Below, piece by piece: positions 62,072-64,000 of a DNA stretch of 64,000 nucleotides. How positions within the stretch are numbered: position 1 is the first letter of the stretch; each line of letters opens with the position of its first letter. This DNA comes from an uncultured cyanobacterium (lineage in GTDB: Bacteria; Cyanobacteriota; Cyanobacteriia; PCC-9006; JAAUQQ01). The translations under genes were made by a program, and so were the position numbers. The stretch spans positions 4,736,001-4,800,000 of the forward strand of contig OY970368.1 of assembly GCA_963718615.1 (NCBI GenBank), given 5' to 3'. The notes under the pieces were generated by a model. It made no database searches, had not been told where the DNA came from, and saw only the letters and a list, made by a program, of their open reading frames with translations.

Positions 62072-63736
62072 TTAGCGCCCATTAGGCTGAAAGAGATTGG
62101 ATGCACTTTGGCTCAATGAGTCAAAGAATAACAGGAAGCCCAAAATGTCGCGGAAGGGCTGGGTGAAGATATTGAGAGCGTGGCTAATCCGGGCAACCAA
62201 TCCCCGACCGACCACGACCACATCGTTGTCCTGGAGGGGGACATCAGCGCTGGGGTCACCCATGAGGGCATTTTTGCCGTTGATGGTTTGGGCGATCGCC
62301 TTACCGCTTTGGGGGTCATACCGCACCAGGGCAATGCCGGAGAGATTGGCGGCATCCAGGGGAATCCCATTGAGGGCATCCCGGAAGGTGCTGCCACTGG
62401 GAAGATTGAGCGTGGTTGCACCGCCAGCGGCATAGCTCAAGAGCCGAACCTGAATATTGGGTTTGGAGACATTGGATTTGGCGATCAGGCGGCTGTCATA
62501 GTTGGCTTTATCGGCTTCGGTGAGCTTGGGAATACTCACCACATCGCCTTCCTCCAGCCGCAAATTGGGCAGCGACGCGCCGGTCGCCAAGGGCGAGTAC
62601 AAATCTACGGATTCACTGGCCACAGACCCATCGGAGAAATTACGGCGGACTTCCACCTTGCGCAAATCGGCGGAGTTGAGGCTGCCCCCGGCGACCAGTA
62701 GCGCTTCGCCCACCCGCCCGGTGGAGAGGCCATAGAATCCTGGTTTGGCGACTTCGCCAATGACGGTGACCTGGACAGGGCGCTGGGATGCCAAGGTCGA
62801 GTTGGAAATCAGCGTGCGATCGTAGTTGCCGAGGTCCTGGGCTTGGAGTTGGGGGACGGTGATGGTGTCGCCGTCTTCTAACCGCAAATCGGGGAAGGAC
62901 AATCCTTGGACGAGGGGGGAATAGAGATCGACCTGTTGTTCGATGACGCCGCGATCGCGCACCGTTCGACGAATCTGGACCCGTCGCAAATCCGCAGAGG
63001 CCAAGGTTCCCCCCGCTGTGCGCAGGGCTTCAGCAATTTCAGCGGTTTGGAGGGGATAAAACCCAGGGCTGGCCACTCGACCCACGACGGTAACCCGCAC
63101 AGGACGCTGGGATAATAGCGAAATATCAACAACGGGATTGACGATGTAGCGATCATAGGCGGCGCGAACCCGCTCTCGTGCTTCCCCAACGGTTAATCCA
63201 TCCAAAATCACAGAACCGACTAAGGGCAAAACAATGGTCCCCTCCGGCGAAATCGGTCCCTGAAAATTCAAATTCGGAAACCGCTGCACATTGATAAAAA
63301 TGACATCGCTGGGACCCAGGCGATACCGGCCAAATTTGTTATCCAGAAACGGAGGCTGAAGCGTGGGATTGAGGGGCGGTAGCTCAGGCCGAAACGATGG
63401 ATTGGCAAAGGTGCCTAAGCCGGGACGGACGGGCGGACGCAGTTCTAGGGAATTGAACTCTTGATTGATTTGTTCGTTGGCGTCCGAGTTGCCATTGAGC
63501 TGTTGACGAATTTGTTCAAGCCGCTGTTGATAGCGGACCGAATTCTCTAGGTCTGTATTCTCTAGGTCTGTCGTGGACTGAGCCAGCTTCTCAGGGGCTG
63601 AGGTCGCCACGGCAGGCTCCATGGCCAGAGTTGCCAAAAGTACAACGGTGGCAGAGGTTCCCAGTTGCAGCCCCGTAAGACCCAAGGCCGTTGCTCGCTG
63701 AAGGAAGGAAAGCGCAGAATCCATACACCGATTCAT
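62072..63736 (-). CDS. wza: Polysaccharide export protein (Wza/KpsD-like) with SLBB repeats
   Basis: YRLGPSDVI...PEGTIVLPLVG; duplicated SQRPV.VTV.G.VA.PGFY SLBB units. Confidence 0.88.
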   Translation of the reverse strand: MNRCMDSALSFLQRATALGLTGLQLGTSATVVLLATLAMEPAVATSAPEKLAQSTTDLENTDLENSVRYQQRLEQIRQQLNGNSDANEQINQEFNSLELRPPVRPGLGTFANPSFRPELPPLNPTLQPPFLDNKFGRYRLGPSDVIFINVQRFPNLNFQGPISPEGTIVLPLVGSVILDGLTVGEARERVRAAYDRYIVNPVVDISLLSQRPVRVTVVGRVASPGFYPLQTAEIAEALRTAGGTLASADLRRVQIRRTVRDRGVIEQQVDLYSPLVQGLSFPDLRLEDGDTITVPQLQAQDLGNYDRTLISNSTLASQRPVQVTVIGEVAKPGFYGLSTGRVGEALLVAGGSLNSADLRKVEVRRNFSDGSVASESVDLYSPLATGASLPNLRLEEGDVVSIPKLTEADKANYDSRLIAKSNVSKPNIQVRLLSYAAGGATTLNLPSGSTFRDALNGIPLDAANLSGIALVRYDPQSGKAIAQTINGKNALMGDPSADVPLQDNDVVVVGRGLVARISHALNIFTQPFRDILGFLLFFDSLSQSASNLFQPNGR

Positions 63737-63905
63737 CCGACCGTCTGTGTCATAAACGTCTTACCCAGAAGTGACGGAGGCAAAGGGCCACGAGTTGCAG
63801 CTTTACTTTCCCCTCATTTGGCTTCTGTTAATACCTACAAAAACCGGACAAATCTCCCCGGAGATTTCCTGTATTTTTTGTTACTCAGTGCTTGTGACTT
63901 CTTTT

Positions 63906-63914
63906 AGAGTACCC
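63906..63914 (-). promoter_or_regulatory. Candidate SigF/SigJ-type extended -10 (GGGTACTCT) upstream of wza
   Basis: Near-identical to the motif before hmpF; about 170 nt before the ORF start. Confidence 0.35.
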
Positions 63915-64000
63915 TGAGGGCGCACAATCTCTCTCAGGAGAATTTTGCATGACGGAGTTTGGTACTGGGGCGTTGCAGAGAACGGAATCCTGCATGGGGT

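Overview
A 64-kb chromosomal window from a cyanobacterium, shown by dense HIP1 GCGATCGC octamers, an hmp/pil taxis locus, an HLIP with an HLR1 box and ndhD4. Most of it is core genes: hmpA/hmpB/hmpF, surE, pheS, eno, gloA, thrC, cbiX, glgP-gap1, metK, ssb, mreBCD, tolC, uppP and wza/wzc. The main oddity is a 1321-bp tnpB-only IS200/IS605 element (27344-28664). Its inferred target motif TCAT is the reverse complement of the ATGA start of an MFS transporter gene, and its left end supplies an outward Shine-Dalgarno and a possible outward -10, so it sits exactly at the start codon and may rebuild the gene's expression signals. Other candidates are two unannotated structured RNA regions (~13635-13928, ~48446-48626), an integron-cassette-like cupin gene, an EEP-family gene broken by two in-frame TAG codons, a receiver-less HK-Hpt kinase and a shared SigF/SigJ-like motif before hmpF and wza. 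All calls come from reading the sequence by eye; no database searches or folding programs were run.
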